Shown: piece by piece, positions 29,370 to 38,559 of the stretch
Numbering within the stretch: position 1 is the first letter of the stretch
Layout of the letters: the number at the start of each line of letters is the position of its first letter
Assembly: GCA_041650915.1 (NCBI GenBank)
Contig: JBAZKE010000001.1
Location: 446,136 to 510,135, forward strand
Direction of reading: 5' to 3'
Length of the DNA: 64,000 nucleotides
DNA from: Patescibacteria group bacterium
GTDB lineage: Bacteria > Patescibacteriota > Patescibacteriia > UBA10025 > JAHIVO01
Notes under the pieces: generated by a model
What the model was told of the DNA's origin: nothing
Databases searched by the model: none
The model's input: only the letters and a program-made list of their open reading frames with translations
Program-made: the position numbers and the translations under genes

Positions 29370-29776
29370 TTGACTTTTGACAGGTCACCGCCGATCACGT
29401 CGGGCTGCATCGCTTCTATTTCTGCACGGTAAAGTTCGCTGGCAGGAACCGGCTGCAGCAGGAATATTTTTTTTCCGAGCACGTGTGCAAAACCGATTTC
29501 AAGAAATGTATTGCCGCCGATGTAATTTGCGACGCCGTTCTTGTCATAATTCAGTACGAGAATTGCGTCTGATTGACTGATGAGTCCGTAGTGATCCCTG
29601 ATGACGTCATGCTTGATTTTATTCAGGGAGTCTTCACTGCCGTGTATTATTTTTCCAGCGGCATAGTCTTTGGTTTGGAGCGGCATGCGGCACGTATGGC
29701 CGGCTTGCGTGAGCTGCTTTTGTGCGGCAAGCATTTGTTTCGCAAAGCTCATGCTGCCACAAATCGTTATAATCAT
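29366..29776 (-). CDS. nucleoside 2-deoxyribosyltransferase-like protein
   Basis: N-terminal MIITICGSMSF and C-terminal FLEIGFAHVLGKKIFLL resemble PF05014, with the catalytic Glu context conserved. Tentative. Confidence 0.4.
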   Translation of the reverse strand: MIITICGSMSFAKQMLAAQKQLTQAGHTCRMPLQTKDYAAGKIIHGSEDSLNKIKHDVIRDHYGLISQSDAILVLNYDKNGVANYIGGNTFLEIGFAHVLGKKIFLLQPVPASELYRAEIEAMQPDVIGGDLSKVN

Positions 29777-29783
29777 AATCCCG

Positions 29784-30731
29784 TTACGTTAGCGTAGCGC
29801 CGATGAGCGAACCGCTGCCCCGTAAGAATGCATCGATACGGTGTTTCCGTTTTCCCGACAATTGTAGCGTGTACAGTTTGATGCCACCACTGCCGCATCC
29901 TACGATGGCGCCGTTACCGTGCTGCACGACTTGGCCGGGCTTAAGCCGCGTCGGCAGTCCCACGGCTTGCGCATCCAGAATGTGCAGGCGCCTTTCTCCC
30001 CATGAGCAATACGCTCCCGGCCATGGTGTGTAGGCACGTATCTGGCGTTCTATCTGTTCGGCAGGCAGCATCCAGTCGATTTTGCCGGCCTGTTTTTTTA
30101 TAGTTTTCGTCAGCGGCGTTGGGCTGTTTAGGGGCTGTTGCTGGGGTTTGAGTTTGCCTTCGAGAAAGGGGAGCAGCGATTCTTTCAGTATGCTGGTGCC
30201 GAGTGCTGCGAGCGTGTTATGGAGCTCGTCGCAGGCGATGCCACGGGGAATTGGAATCTTTTTTTCGGCAATGATGGGGCCGGTATCGAGGCCAGCGTCG
30301 ATCTGCATGAGCGTGACGCCGGTTGTGGTGTCGCCCGCGAGCAGCGCAGCCTGAATCGGCGATGCGCCGCGGTATTTTGGCAGGAGCGAAGCATGCACGT
30401 TGATCCACCCGTGTGGCGGGATGCTGAGAAAGCCTGGGGGAATAATCTTGCCATACGCCACGAGAACTGCGATATCGGCTCCGAAGCCGGAAAATGCTGC
30501 CATAAACGCCGCCGTATCAAGACGCGGGGGCTGGAATACGGGGATATCGTTTTTCTTTGCGAATACCTTGACCGGAGGGGGAGTTACAACTTGTTTTTTA
30601 CCCACCGGCTTGTCAGGCTGGGTAATGACGGCAGTGACACTGATATGCGGCATGGACAAGAGCGCCTCGAGCGCTGGCACGGCGAATTCGGGCGTTCCAA
30701 AAAAAACTGCTTTATAGAGTTTTCGGTTCAT
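29784..30731 (-). CDS. fmt: methionyl-tRNA formyltransferase
   Basis: AVFFGTPEFAVPALEAL and SLLPKYRGASPIQAALLAGDTTTGVTLMQI. Start placed at Met12 (MNRKLYKA). It lies downstream of def. Confidence 0.8.
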   Translation of the reverse strand: MNRKLYKAVFFGTPEFAVPALEALLSMPHISVTAVITQPDKPVGKKQVVTPPPVKVFAKKNDIPVFQPPRLDTAAFMAAFSGFGADIAVLVAYGKIIPPGFLSIPPHGWINVHASLLPKYRGASPIQAALLAGDTTTGVTLMQIDAGLDTGPIIAEKKIPIPRGIACDELHNTLAALGTSILKESLLPFLEGKLKPQQQPLNSPTPLTKTIKKQAGKIDWMLPAEQIERQIRAYTPWPGAYCSWGERRLHILDAQAVGLPTRLKPGQVVQHGNGAIVGCGSGGIKLYTLQLSGKRKHRIDAFLRGSGSLIGATLT

Positions 30732-31197
30732 CGGGTACGTTACCTTTCGTAATGCTTTTTGCACGGTCCGTGAACAGTATGCCGTCGAGGTGGTCCACTT
30801 CGTGCTGGAATACCCGGGCGAGCAAACCGCGTGCTTTTATTGAAATGCGGCTTCCTTCTTTGTCGTATCCGACTACGGTTAGACTCTGGTGCCTGCGTAC
30901 AATGCCATAAACGCCCGGAATCGAGAGGCAACCTTCTTCACCGTCTTCTTTCTTGAATGATTTGCGGAGAAGGCGGGGGTTAATAACGCTCATCGGGCCG
31001 TCTTTCGTGCTGATCGCGATGATTCGTATCAGCTTATTAACTTGGTTTGCGGCAAGCCCAATACCGTCCCGTTCGAGCATCGTTTTCTCAAACTGGCTGA
31101 TGAAGTCGTGGAGCTTGCCAATTTCTTGTACGGGAACCTCGAGTGATCGAGTCCGCAGCGTATGATGTGGCTGTGTAATGATTGTCAGAAGCGGCAT
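30712..31197 (-). CDS. def: peptide deformylase
   Basis: The three deformylase motifs: GIGLAANQV, EGCLSIPG and QHEVDHLDG. Confidence 0.85.
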   Translation of the reverse strand: MPLLTIITQPHHTLRTRSLEVPVQEIGKLHDFISQFEKTMLERDGIGLAANQVNKLIRIIAISTKDGPMSVINPRLLRKSFKKEDGEEGCLSIPGVYGIVRRHQSLTVVGYDKEGSRISIKARGLLARVFQHEVDHLDGILFTDRAKSITKGNVPDEPKTL

Positions 31198-31255
31198 AGT
31201 CGTATCGGTAGCGGGATTGAGTATACGCCAAGGTTAGCTTTTTTTCAAGTCGTGC

Positions 31256-31858
31256 GTGTTGTGCTACCATGTTACTATGGATGTCGAAGGTTTACAGTAC
31301 GAAGCGCAAATGACCTGGCAAGACGTATTCGAGCGGTGGAAATCGCGTGAAGGCGTGCGGAGTGACTGGCAGCAGGTCGCCCGTGACAAGGGTTGGGACT
31401 CGTGGGAAGAGTGGCGGTCTCATTGGGTTGCCAATTTCGGCGCGCAGGAACGCACCTGGGTGCGCTATGCCATACCTGATCCGGTAAAAACTGTGCCGCA
31501 ATTCAGGATTGGACCAAGCCGGTCATGGCAAAAGTTTTTTCCAGAGACGGAGCGTAACCGCCATACGTTCGCTACACTCGTTGAACGCGCACCGCTCGCG
31601 CGCAACGGCAAGGTGCAAGCACTCAAGGAGCATTTTCCAGAGCCTACGGAATTCATTGGGGTGTATGTACCGGACAAGCGAATTGTTCTCATTGAAGGGC
31701 ACCACCGTGCAGCTGCGCTCGGTCTGCTGGCGCAGCAGGGGAAACGGGTATTGTTCGTCCAGCTTCCTACGATTGCAGTAACAGTATTCAACCCGGGGGA
31801 AGCAGAAATACTGGACCAGATGCTCGAACGGGGATCTGAAAAAAAGAATTATTTATAG
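31256..31858 (+). CDS. ParB/sulfiredoxin-like nuclease-domain protein, hypothetical
   Basis: VLIEGHHRAAALGLLAQQGKRVLFVQLP resembles the ParBc DGHHR core. The rest of the protein is unassigned. Confidence 0.4.
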   Translation: MLCYHVTMDVEGLQYEAQMTWQDVFERWKSREGVRSDWQQVARDKGWDSWEEWRSHWVANFGAQERTWVRYAIPDPVKTVPQFRIGPSRSWQKFFPETERNRHTFATLVERAPLARNGKVQALKEHFPEPTEFIGVYVPDKRIVLIEGHHRAAALGLLAQQGKRVLFVQLPTIAVTVFNPGEAEILDQMLERGSEKKNYL

Positions 31859-32023
31859 TTTGTATCAATTCAATAATTTGACACTTTTTTATAACTACCC
31901 TATACTTCCTTCCAATGAAAACGCACCGCACCACCATTCTCATTAATCTCGTTATTCTTACTGATCTTAGGAGATCAGGCGTTTTCGTGAAGTCTTAGCA
32001 AACGAGTTTAGATAAACGAAAGG

Positions 32024-32050
32024 CTGATCTTCTGAAAGGATCAGTTTTTT
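32024..32050 (+). terminator. rho-independent terminator (second of two CTGATC/GATCAG hairpins)
   Basis: CTGATC-TTCTGAAAG-GATCAG followed by TTTTTT. A similar hairpin, CTGATCTTAGGAGATCAG followed by GCGTTTTC, lies at about 31961..31985. Confidence 0.55.
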
Positions 32051-32542
32051 ATATAGCTCTTTTTCAGCTCATAGCCATCGGGTAATGAAGAAACCGCGAA
32101 TACAGAACATTTTGTTGCCAAGGGGTGAATCTATGCCAGAATCAGATGAAAAGAAGGAAACGGCAGCAGTTGAGGAAACCTCAGCAGCCGGCGCTCAGAG
32201 CTCCTATGAAGCACTCAACAAACTCTGTTGTGATGATCACCTGCGCGGTGCATCCGGAACGCCGCCGCCGCCGTTTCCCACGTGGCCAGTGTGCTAACCT
32301 GCCTATAGAGGCGGAATGGGCACCAGAGCAGGCCGGGGAGACCTTTTGTGGGTTTCTCCGGCCACCTCATTTTTGTGGATAACTATTTGACTGTTTTTTT
32401 CTATGGTATATACTTCCAATCAATACGCCATGAAAAACGTCTGCTCAATACAATTGTTTAACCTCTTTCTCCTTGCGCACGCGGGGAGTGCTGGCGTATT
32501 GGTCGAGCGTTAGAACGTACGTATAGAGTAGCGACACGCCAG

Positions 32543-32565
32543 TCTCCCGAGCAGGGAGATTTTTT
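32543..32565 (+). terminator. rho-independent terminator with no obvious upstream CDS
   Basis: TCTCCC-GAGCA-GGGAGA followed by TTTTTT. Confidence 0.55.
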
Positions 32566-32731
32566 ATATAACATTTTTTTCGATACATTTGCGCTTGCGG
32601 ATTTCCGGCACAAATTTTTCCTGCGATGAATACTAAAACAATGAACGTACTGTTCCTTTTTCTCGGTCTTACCGCGCCGGTTCTCTTCGCGTACCATTGA
32701 ATTGCACAGCAATTGAGCGTACACGAAAGGG

Positions 32732-32758
32732 ACTGGCGGATATAGCGCCAGTTTTTTT
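32732..32758 (+). terminator. rho-independent terminator
   Basis: ACTGGCG-GATATA-GCGCCAG followed by TTTTTTT. The only ORF upstream is a 24-codon hydrophobic one (32626..32700). Confidence 0.55.
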
Positions 32759-32805
32759 AAAAAATCACAAACAAACCAAAAACAGCGTACCTTAAGGAGG
32801 TTTCC

Positions 32806-33099
32806 ATGAACACGGACGCAACAGTGACCGCACAGTGCCCGCAGTGCCATCAGCCGTTGAACGTCACCTGGGAGTCAGACCGGTATACGTTCAGGTGTTC
32901 CTGCGGCTATCGCAGTGAATTCCCGAGCCTAACCGCGAGCATGGCTCAATTGACCTTCACTCACCGTAAGTGCGGCGTTAATCTGAGCCCGATCGGCCAT
33001 GATCCGATCATCTCGGAACACTGCCGGTGCAAGGCGTGGACTGAAGATGCGCTGATCGGCAGCATGACGATTCAGACGGTTTTAATAGGAGGCTGGTGA
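32806..33099 (+). CDS. small Cys-rich zinc-ribbon protein, hypothetical
   Basis: Strong RBS AAGGAGG 7 nt upstream of the ATG. It has CPQC and CSCG pairs plus a further HCRC. Followed by a terminator. Confidence 0.5.
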   Translation: MNTDATVTAQCPQCHQPLNVTWESDRYTFRCSCGYRSEFPSLTASMAQLTFTHRKCGVNLSPIGHDPIISEHCRCKAWTEDALIGSMTIQTVLIGGW

Positions 33100-33136
33100 C
33101 AGCCTGTTTACGGACCGAACGGTGCATCGCTTATCA

Positions 33137-33168
33137 GGGGCAGATCTCTGGATCTGCCCCGGTTTTTT
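33137..33168. terminator. bidirectional rho-independent terminator between convergent genes
   Basis: GGGGCAGATC-TCTG-GATCTGCCCC with a T-tract on the plus side and the convergent priA stop adjacent. Confidence 0.6.
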
Positions 33169-35044
33169 ATAATAACGTTTCAGGGTCACGGTCGATGATC
33201 CAGTCGTGAGGCACGTGATCGGCAGCCATTGCCAGGATGGGCTGATCCTCTTCGGATTTAAACTTTACGATAACATACATGCGCCACCTGTTCTGCTGGA
33301 ACGGGCGCAACGGGGTCAGGAGCATGACGTCGAGTTTGGAAAACTTGAGCATCCGGTAAAGACGCTGTGCCTCCCTCAGGCACTGTTCCTTATCGCGGCT
33401 TGAGTATATGAGCTTCAGAAGGCTTCCATACGGCGGATAGTTTGCCGCTTCACGTTCCCGGAGTTCATGCTGATAAAAGGGTGTATGCTCGCCGGTTAAG
33501 AAATGTCTGAGAGCCGCATTGTCAGGGGAATATGTCTGCACGACTAGCGACGATTGATTCAAATACTGCAGTTTCCGTAAAAGCTGAAAGGTGCGTTCGC
33601 TCGATCTGAAATCCGGGAGGTGCAGGAAGGTATCGGCCGAAATGACGCCAGTCAAACCAACCGATTGCCAGTCGAGGTGATTGAGGATTCGTATGGTGCC
33701 GATAATGATATCCTTGCCATGCAATACCGTATTGAGCTCAGTATCTGCATCAAATCTGGCGGAAGAAGCGCTTGGCCACCTTTTCCTAACTTCCCGTTCG
33801 ACTTTCTGAGTGCCAGTTCCGGTAAATGTAAAGCCTGCGCCGCTACACCGAGGGCAGCACGGGGGCATCATGCTTTTTTTATTGCATCGGTGGCAGTACA
33901 GTGCATTTTCTTTCTCGTGGTAAATGAGCGGAAGGCTGCAGGTACTGCACGATAGTGAAGAGCCGCAGTCATTGCACAGCACCGCAGAAGAACTGCCGCG
34001 TTTATTTAAAAAAAGGAGCACCTGCTTTTTTGCTCTGAGAGCTGCATCTACCTCGGACTGCAACAGGTCCGAAAAAAGCGAGTAGTTTCTCTTCTTGTGC
34101 TCTTCTCGCATGTCAATGAGTTGCAGTTTCGTTTTTGGCGGATTTCCCGTTGTAAGAATGTTTGCAGTTTTGCGTACACCGCGCGAGAACGAAACGACGG
34201 TCGGTGCCGGCGATATTCGCATGAGCTGTGCCCCGTGCAGTCGGGCGAGCTGTTCTGCCGCTGTCCGGGAATCGTATCGCGGATTCTGGTCTGCTTGCTT
34301 ATGGTTTTGGTCGTCCTCCTGGTCAATAATGATATGTCCTAACTTTTTATACGGCATGAAAAGCGCGAGTTTTGTGCCGACCGTAATGGCAGCGTCGCTG
34401 TCTTGGATCGACTGGTATGCCCTGTAGTAATCACTTTTATTAAGTTTGCTGTGGATTATCGCTGTTTTTTTCTGAAGATTGCGCGGGAAGAGAGATTTGA
34501 TGTGCCCAATATCCTGGATGCCAGGCACGATGATGAGCAAATGCTTCTTTACGCTGCGGGCAATTTCTCCGATGAACGAATCATGCTCGTCGGGGTTACA
34601 TGGAAGAAAAATATGTTCCCTCGCCAGATTACGGGCAGCCTGCCTCGCAAGGGAAGCCGCTTCACGGGCTATGCCATACTTCACTCGGTGGATTGCGCCA
34701 GGGGATTTTTTCCCCGCCATCCGTTTCGGCATTGACGGCAGGATCATTTTAATGACCGTACCGAGCGATACACTGTAGTACCGTGAAATCCATTCAGCGA
34801 GCGCCACCTGCTCCGGCGTCAGCAGAGTGCTCGTCTGCGCTCTGCCTGCAAGAGGTTTGATTTTTTTCCCCTCGATGCCTTGTTGTTTTATTTTTATTAC
34901 GATGCCTTCACGCATCGAATTGCGAAAGGGGATCGTGACGAGCTGGCCGACCTTTATTGTTTTTTCGAACGAAAAAGGCACCTCGTAATCAAAAATTCCG
35001 AGATTTTTTGGGAATCGTTGGGATAATACGATTTCACAGAACAT
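33167..35044 (-). CDS. priA: primosomal protein N' (PriA) homolog with degenerate ATPase motifs
   Basis: N-terminal 3'BD-like MFCEIVLSQRF. Cys4+Cys4 zinc region CNDCGSSLSCSTC...CHRCN...CCPRC at the expected spacing. Where Walker A (GxGKT) should be the sequence is CNPDEHDSF, and the DEEH box reads DQED. Confidence 0.7.
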   Translation of the reverse strand: MFCEIVLSQRFPKNLGIFDYEVPFSFEKTIKVGQLVTIPFRNSMREGIVIKIKQQGIEGKKIKPLAGRAQTSTLLTPEQVALAEWISRYYSVSLGTVIKMILPSMPKRMAGKKSPGAIHRVKYGIAREAASLARQAARNLAREHIFLPCNPDEHDSFIGEIARSVKKHLLIIVPGIQDIGHIKSLFPRNLQKKTAIIHSKLNKSDYYRAYQSIQDSDAAITVGTKLALFMPYKKLGHIIIDQEDDQNHKQADQNPRYDSRTAAEQLARLHGAQLMRISPAPTVVSFSRGVRKTANILTTGNPPKTKLQLIDMREEHKKRNYSLFSDLLQSEVDAALRAKKQVLLFLNKRGSSSAVLCNDCGSSLSCSTCSLPLIYHEKENALYCHRCNKKSMMPPCCPRCSGAGFTFTGTGTQKVEREVRKRWPSASSARFDADTELNTVLHGKDIIIGTIRILNHLDWQSVGLTGVISADTFLHLPDFRSSERTFQLLRKLQYLNQSSLVVQTYSPDNAALRHFLTGEHTPFYQHELREREAANYPPYGSLLKLIYSSRDKEQCLREAQRLYRMLKFSKLDVMLLTPLRPFQQNRWRMYVIVKFKSEEDQPILAMAADHVPHDWIIDRDPETLL

Positions 35045-35046
35045 AG

Positions 35047-35565
35047 CTACGTATGGCGCTCCACGGTAAACCGGTACAGGAGTAGCGTGGGATCGCGCTG
35101 GTCCATCCCCCCCTTATTGCAGCAAATTGCGAACTGATCCTCGGCGCTGTCGATCCCGATGTCCGGCAGCAGCAGGCCTGATTGGTTTTCACCGTTTTTG
35201 ACTATAAGGCCGTGTATTGTGGGATTTTGGTCTATGAGGGAAAAAATCTGTTCAGGCTTCGAAAGCACGTCAACGTGTATGCTCAGGTCGTCAAGCTCGT
35301 CAGCGGAGATCGGATTAAAGCGCGGATCGCCAAAAGCTGCGGCGATTGCATTCGTAACTATTTCAAGCGCAACCATCGCCTTTGCGGGCTGGAAGGTGCC
35401 GATACAGCCACGCAAGGCCTGGTTGGATTTTTTATGAATCGAAACGAAAATGCCCGCTTTTCGCGTGAGCATTTCTCCCGGCAAATTGGGAGGCAGTTCG
35501 GGTTCGATGCCGGTGTGAACGAAGTCTGCAACGGCCTTAGTGGCGAGCTCAACGTACGGGTCCAT
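35047..35565 (-). CDS. AMMECR1-domain protein (AmmeMemoRadiSam system protein A-like)
   Basis: Signature LRGCIGT and GLLLP motifs. Length is about 170 aa. Its gene stop lies 3 nt before the priA start. Confidence 0.7.
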   Translation of the reverse strand: MDPYVELATKAVADFVHTGIEPELPPNLPGEMLTRKAGIFVSIHKKSNQALRGCIGTFQPAKAMVALEIVTNAIAAAFGDPRFNPISADELDDLSIHVDVLSKPEQIFSLIDQNPTIHGLIVKNGENQSGLLLPDIGIDSAEDQFAICCNKGGMDQRDPTLLLYRFTVERHT

Positions 35566-35638
35566 AGTGTCCCTATTGTATCACGTTATGGGAGTACAAA
35601 AAAGCCATCGCAAAAGCCGGTGGCTCTGTATACAAAAA

Positions 35639-36343
35639 TTATAAATTCTGAAGCAGCCTTCTCGAGAACGTGTAGTTTGGCTGTACGAGGCGTTTGAGCG
35701 TCCGAATCGAAAGCTTGTCAGCGACGTGGTCAGCGAGGGAATTCATCACGATGTAACTCAGGGCCGTTCCGCCGGTAAAGAGCATCCGTTCAAGAAATAC
35801 GATTGGGATAAGGCCGATCCAGACCTCTGCAGGAAGGTTGAAAATATAGAGGAACGTGACGCTGCCGATCGCATGGGCGGTAAAAGTGGCGCCGAGGCTG
35901 TTAAAAACGAGGCTGCGTTTTGCGAAAGAAGCCGCGAGAGGAATCAGCCAGTAGAGCGAGTAAAACCATGCGCCGCGTCCTTCAGGATGGAGCATGAAGA
36001 GCGCAATGCATGCGAGGGGGAGCATCGCGACGAGCGTTTTATATCTGCGTGCGCCGAAGTAAAGTGCGGCGAGCGCGAGCGGGAAGAGGCGCACAACCGT
36101 TGCCGCATCGAGGCTTTGGTCGGTGATGAGCGCATTGGCGAGCTTTACGATTACGACTGATAGCGCACCCCAGAGGGATGTTAAAAAAGCACCAATAGTG
36201 GGTGCAAAAAAGTCGAACAATGAAAACTGCTGGCTCGACCCGATTATGTTCGTGAAGGGAATCTGAAGAAATAGAAATCCTACGCCAATGAATGCGCAGA
36301 GGTAAAAAATTTTTCTATTATTTTTTTTCATATTCGTGGCCAT
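35639..36343 (-). CDS. integral membrane protein (possible ECF-type S-component-like), hypothetical
   Basis: 6-7 TM helices and no soluble domain. It sits inside the AmmeMemoRadiSam operon. Confidence 0.35.
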   Translation of the reverse strand: MATNMKKNNRKIFYLCAFIGVGFLFLQIPFTNIIGSSQQFSLFDFFAPTIGAFLTSLWGALSVVIVKLANALITDQSLDAATVVRLFPLALAALYFGARRYKTLVAMLPLACIALFMLHPEGRGAWFYSLYWLIPLAASFAKRSLVFNSLGATFTAHAIGSVTFLYIFNLPAEVWIGLIPIVFLERMLFTGGTALSYIVMNSLADHVADKLSIRTLKRLVQPNYTFSRRLLQNL

Positions 36344-36351
36344 GTTACTGA

Positions 36352-37149
36352 TTAGCGTGCCAGTTTTAAGTTGGCGACCATGTATCCGACCCCGAACGGG
36401 CCTTCATATGAGTACACATCCGTTGTGAAGGACATGCTGTTGAGTATGCCGAGGAGGAGGATAATTGAGCGGAGCCCGCACTCGCCCGCTTCATCGACAA
36501 AGTCAGCATCGAGGTTGAGGATTCCCTTGATGTCATTTTTTTTGAGCAAACCGACGAGTGTTTCATCAAATTTTTTGGCCCAGTGTGAGAACCCAGCGGG
36601 AGCATCCGGAGTCAGGCGGTGGGAGAGATCGCCGGAAGCGATAACCGCGATGCGTTTCGTGTCATTGATCATATCTTCCTGCAGCTGCTTTCCGAATTCG
36701 TAATGCTCATTGTAGTCGAGCATAGAGAATGAGACCGGTACGATTTTTATGTCTTTCCTGTCAAGGCTTTTTGTGAAGAAGTAGAGCGGAACCCCTGCAC
36801 CGTGGTCCAGCTCCTCCTTGTGGATGAGTACGACGCGCATCTTTGATTCAAGAATTTCTTTGTAGTGGTGTATGAGGCCAATGTCGCCGGGAAGCTTGAT
36901 TTCCGTTGACAGATCGCCGAATTCTTTAAACGTAATGCGGAATTCTGGCGACATATTGAGCGTAAAGGCGTCAGCGTGCATGGGTCCGTGCGGAGAAATG
37001 ATTACGATCGTATCGGGCTTTGAAGCGTAGAGGTCCTCACTGAGCCGTTCCATGCTCGCCGTCGTTTTCTGCACAAAACGTACGTTTTCTTTGCCGATTT
37101 CCGGTATCAGTATCGGCGGGTGGGGCGTAATAGCACTGAAAACAATCAT
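36352..37149 (-). CDS. MEMO1/LigB-superfamily protein (likely AmmeMemoRadiSam system protein B)
   Basis: N-terminal IVFSAITPHPPILIP and IISPHGPMHAD are His-containing motifs of the class III extradiol dioxygenase/MEMO fold. The call rests on the flanking AMMECR1 and radical SAM partner genes. Confidence 0.5.
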   Translation of the reverse strand: MIVFSAITPHPPILIPEIGKENVRFVQKTTASMERLSEDLYASKPDTIVIISPHGPMHADAFTLNMSPEFRITFKEFGDLSTEIKLPGDIGLIHHYKEILESKMRVVLIHKEELDHGAGVPLYFFTKSLDRKDIKIVPVSFSMLDYNEHYEFGKQLQEDMINDTKRIAVIASGDLSHRLTPDAPAGFSHWAKKFDETLVGLLKKNDIKGILNLDADFVDEAGECGLRSIILLLGILNSMSFTTDVYSYEGPFGVGYMVANLKLAR

Positions 37150-37167
37150 AGTGCTGAGAAGTTTAGG

Positions 37168-38556
37168 TTAATCAATTGAGATGGGCTCTCCCTCGGGGTG
37201 GATCAAGACCGCCTTGTCTGTCGTCCAAACGATATTTTCCCACCGAAAACCGAGTGCGTCAAATGTCTCCTGTGAAGCGATGCCGCGACGCATGCCGTTC
37301 GAAATCACGTAGACACCGCGCATGCCTGGCGACGTGACGAGTGTGCCATCCGCGAACTTGATCGGATCGCCAGCCTCGTATACGTCTATTGAAGCTTGCT
37401 CAACCAGAACGGGGATGCGGGTCGAAAAGCGATTCAGCAGTATTTCGCGGGACCAGATTGATTGCCGGACGCCATTCTCCACGTATGAGATGCCGCCGGT
37501 CTCTTTTGACTGCAGCAGGACGCCGGTAGGATAGATGCTCTGCATGGTGATGTTTGGGCCAAACGAGTAAGGCGCGAGTTCCGATTCTGTAGCAACAATT
37601 ATTTCCTCCGGGTTGAAGCCAATGAGGCGGAATACCTCTGGAGATTCGATGTAGCGCCTCTGGTCTCCGTCGAGCAGGAAAACCCTGCCGGTCTCTGCGG
37701 AGCGCACCAGAGAGTAGTTTTGAAACTGGATCGGTGTGCCATTTTCGTACAGCTCTAGATCCGCTTCAGATACGAGTACAATCCTGGCGGGATCGAACCG
37801 TGATACGAGTGCTGCGCGTGAGAGGATCGGGCGCTTCCTGCCGTTCTGGATGAGGTATACCCCGTGTTCACCCTGCACCTGCAGCAGTGATCCGTCAGGG
37901 TACTGTCTCGTGAACCAGTCATTCCAGAAACGCCATACATTGTAGTTGGCATTGTATACGTGCGGGGTATATGTATAGAGGGCGGCTGTCGCATTGTTTA
38001 CCGGTGTCACCTCCCGCGTTCCGTTAAAGTCGACGACTGTACGGGTAATGCCCGGGCCCCAGCCCGAGAGCGTGTAGCCGCGGGTCTCAAGGTCCGTCAA
38101 GTAGCTCTCGCGCACCCGGCGGGCACCCCAGTTTACCTGGTTGAAAAAACCTTTAAATTGTTGAATGGCCGGGTCGCTTGTCGAGCACGAATCGCATACT
38201 GCGTATCCGGTCGCCCAATCGAGCTGCCGTTGGGACGGGCTTGCAGTGCCGATCAAACTCTGCTCAACCTGCAGCCGGACGAGCAGGTACTGCGGGCTTA
38301 TTTCCCAGTACTTGCCGGCATCATAGATGATTTGCGCAGCAGTTTTGAGGTTTCCCTGCGTATCGCTCGTCTTGTAGGAAGCAAGGCCGGAACCGCGGAG
38401 TTCGAGAAAACGCTGTATTCTCGTGACGGACATCGAATCCGCATTCTCGAGGTCGTTATCGGAAATGATATAGTTCCAGTTAAAATCAGCTGCGAATGCA
38501 GCCTGCGGCATAGCCAGGAGCAGCATGAGCGTAACGATGATTATTTTTTTTGCCAT
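37168..38556 (-). CDS. secreted protein with four roughly 48-aa tandem repeats, hypothetical
   Basis: Signal peptide MAKKIIIVTLMLLLAMPQAAFA. Four C-terminal repeats of the type G(V/R)Y(L/V)I.NG.RR.I.S.E.F..LGF....I. It is embedded between the radical SAM gene and the MEMO-like gene. Confidence 0.5.
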   Translation of the reverse strand: MAKKIIIVTLMLLLAMPQAAFAADFNWNYIISDNDLENADSMSVTRIQRFLELRGSGLASYKTSDTQGNLKTAAQIIYDAGKYWEISPQYLLVRLQVEQSLIGTASPSQRQLDWATGYAVCDSCSTSDPAIQQFKGFFNQVNWGARRVRESYLTDLETRGYTLSGWGPGITRTVVDFNGTREVTPVNNATAALYTYTPHVYNANYNVWRFWNDWFTRQYPDGSLLQVQGEHGVYLIQNGRKRPILSRAALVSRFDPARIVLVSEADLELYENGTPIQFQNYSLVRSAETGRVFLLDGDQRRYIESPEVFRLIGFNPEEIIVATESELAPYSFGPNITMQSIYPTGVLLQSKETGGISYVENGVRQSIWSREILLNRFSTRIPVLVEQASIDVYEAGDPIKFADGTLVTSPGMRGVYVISNGMRRGIASQETFDALGFRWENIVWTTDKAVLIHPEGEPISID

Positions 38557-38559
38557 AGG

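Noticed and set aside
32458-32850. 130-aa minus-strand ORF spanning the terminator-rich intergenic region
   Set aside because: It runs through two plus-strand terminators and the strong SD/ATG of the zinc-ribbon gene. Its composition is atypical and it has no start signal.
35159-36703. Antisense ORFs 35182..35697, 35726..36160 and 36371..36703
   Set aside because: They are opposite well-supported minus-strand genes (AMMECR1, a membrane protein, the MEMO-like protein) that are packed with 3-70 nt spacing. The antisense frames have no RBS.
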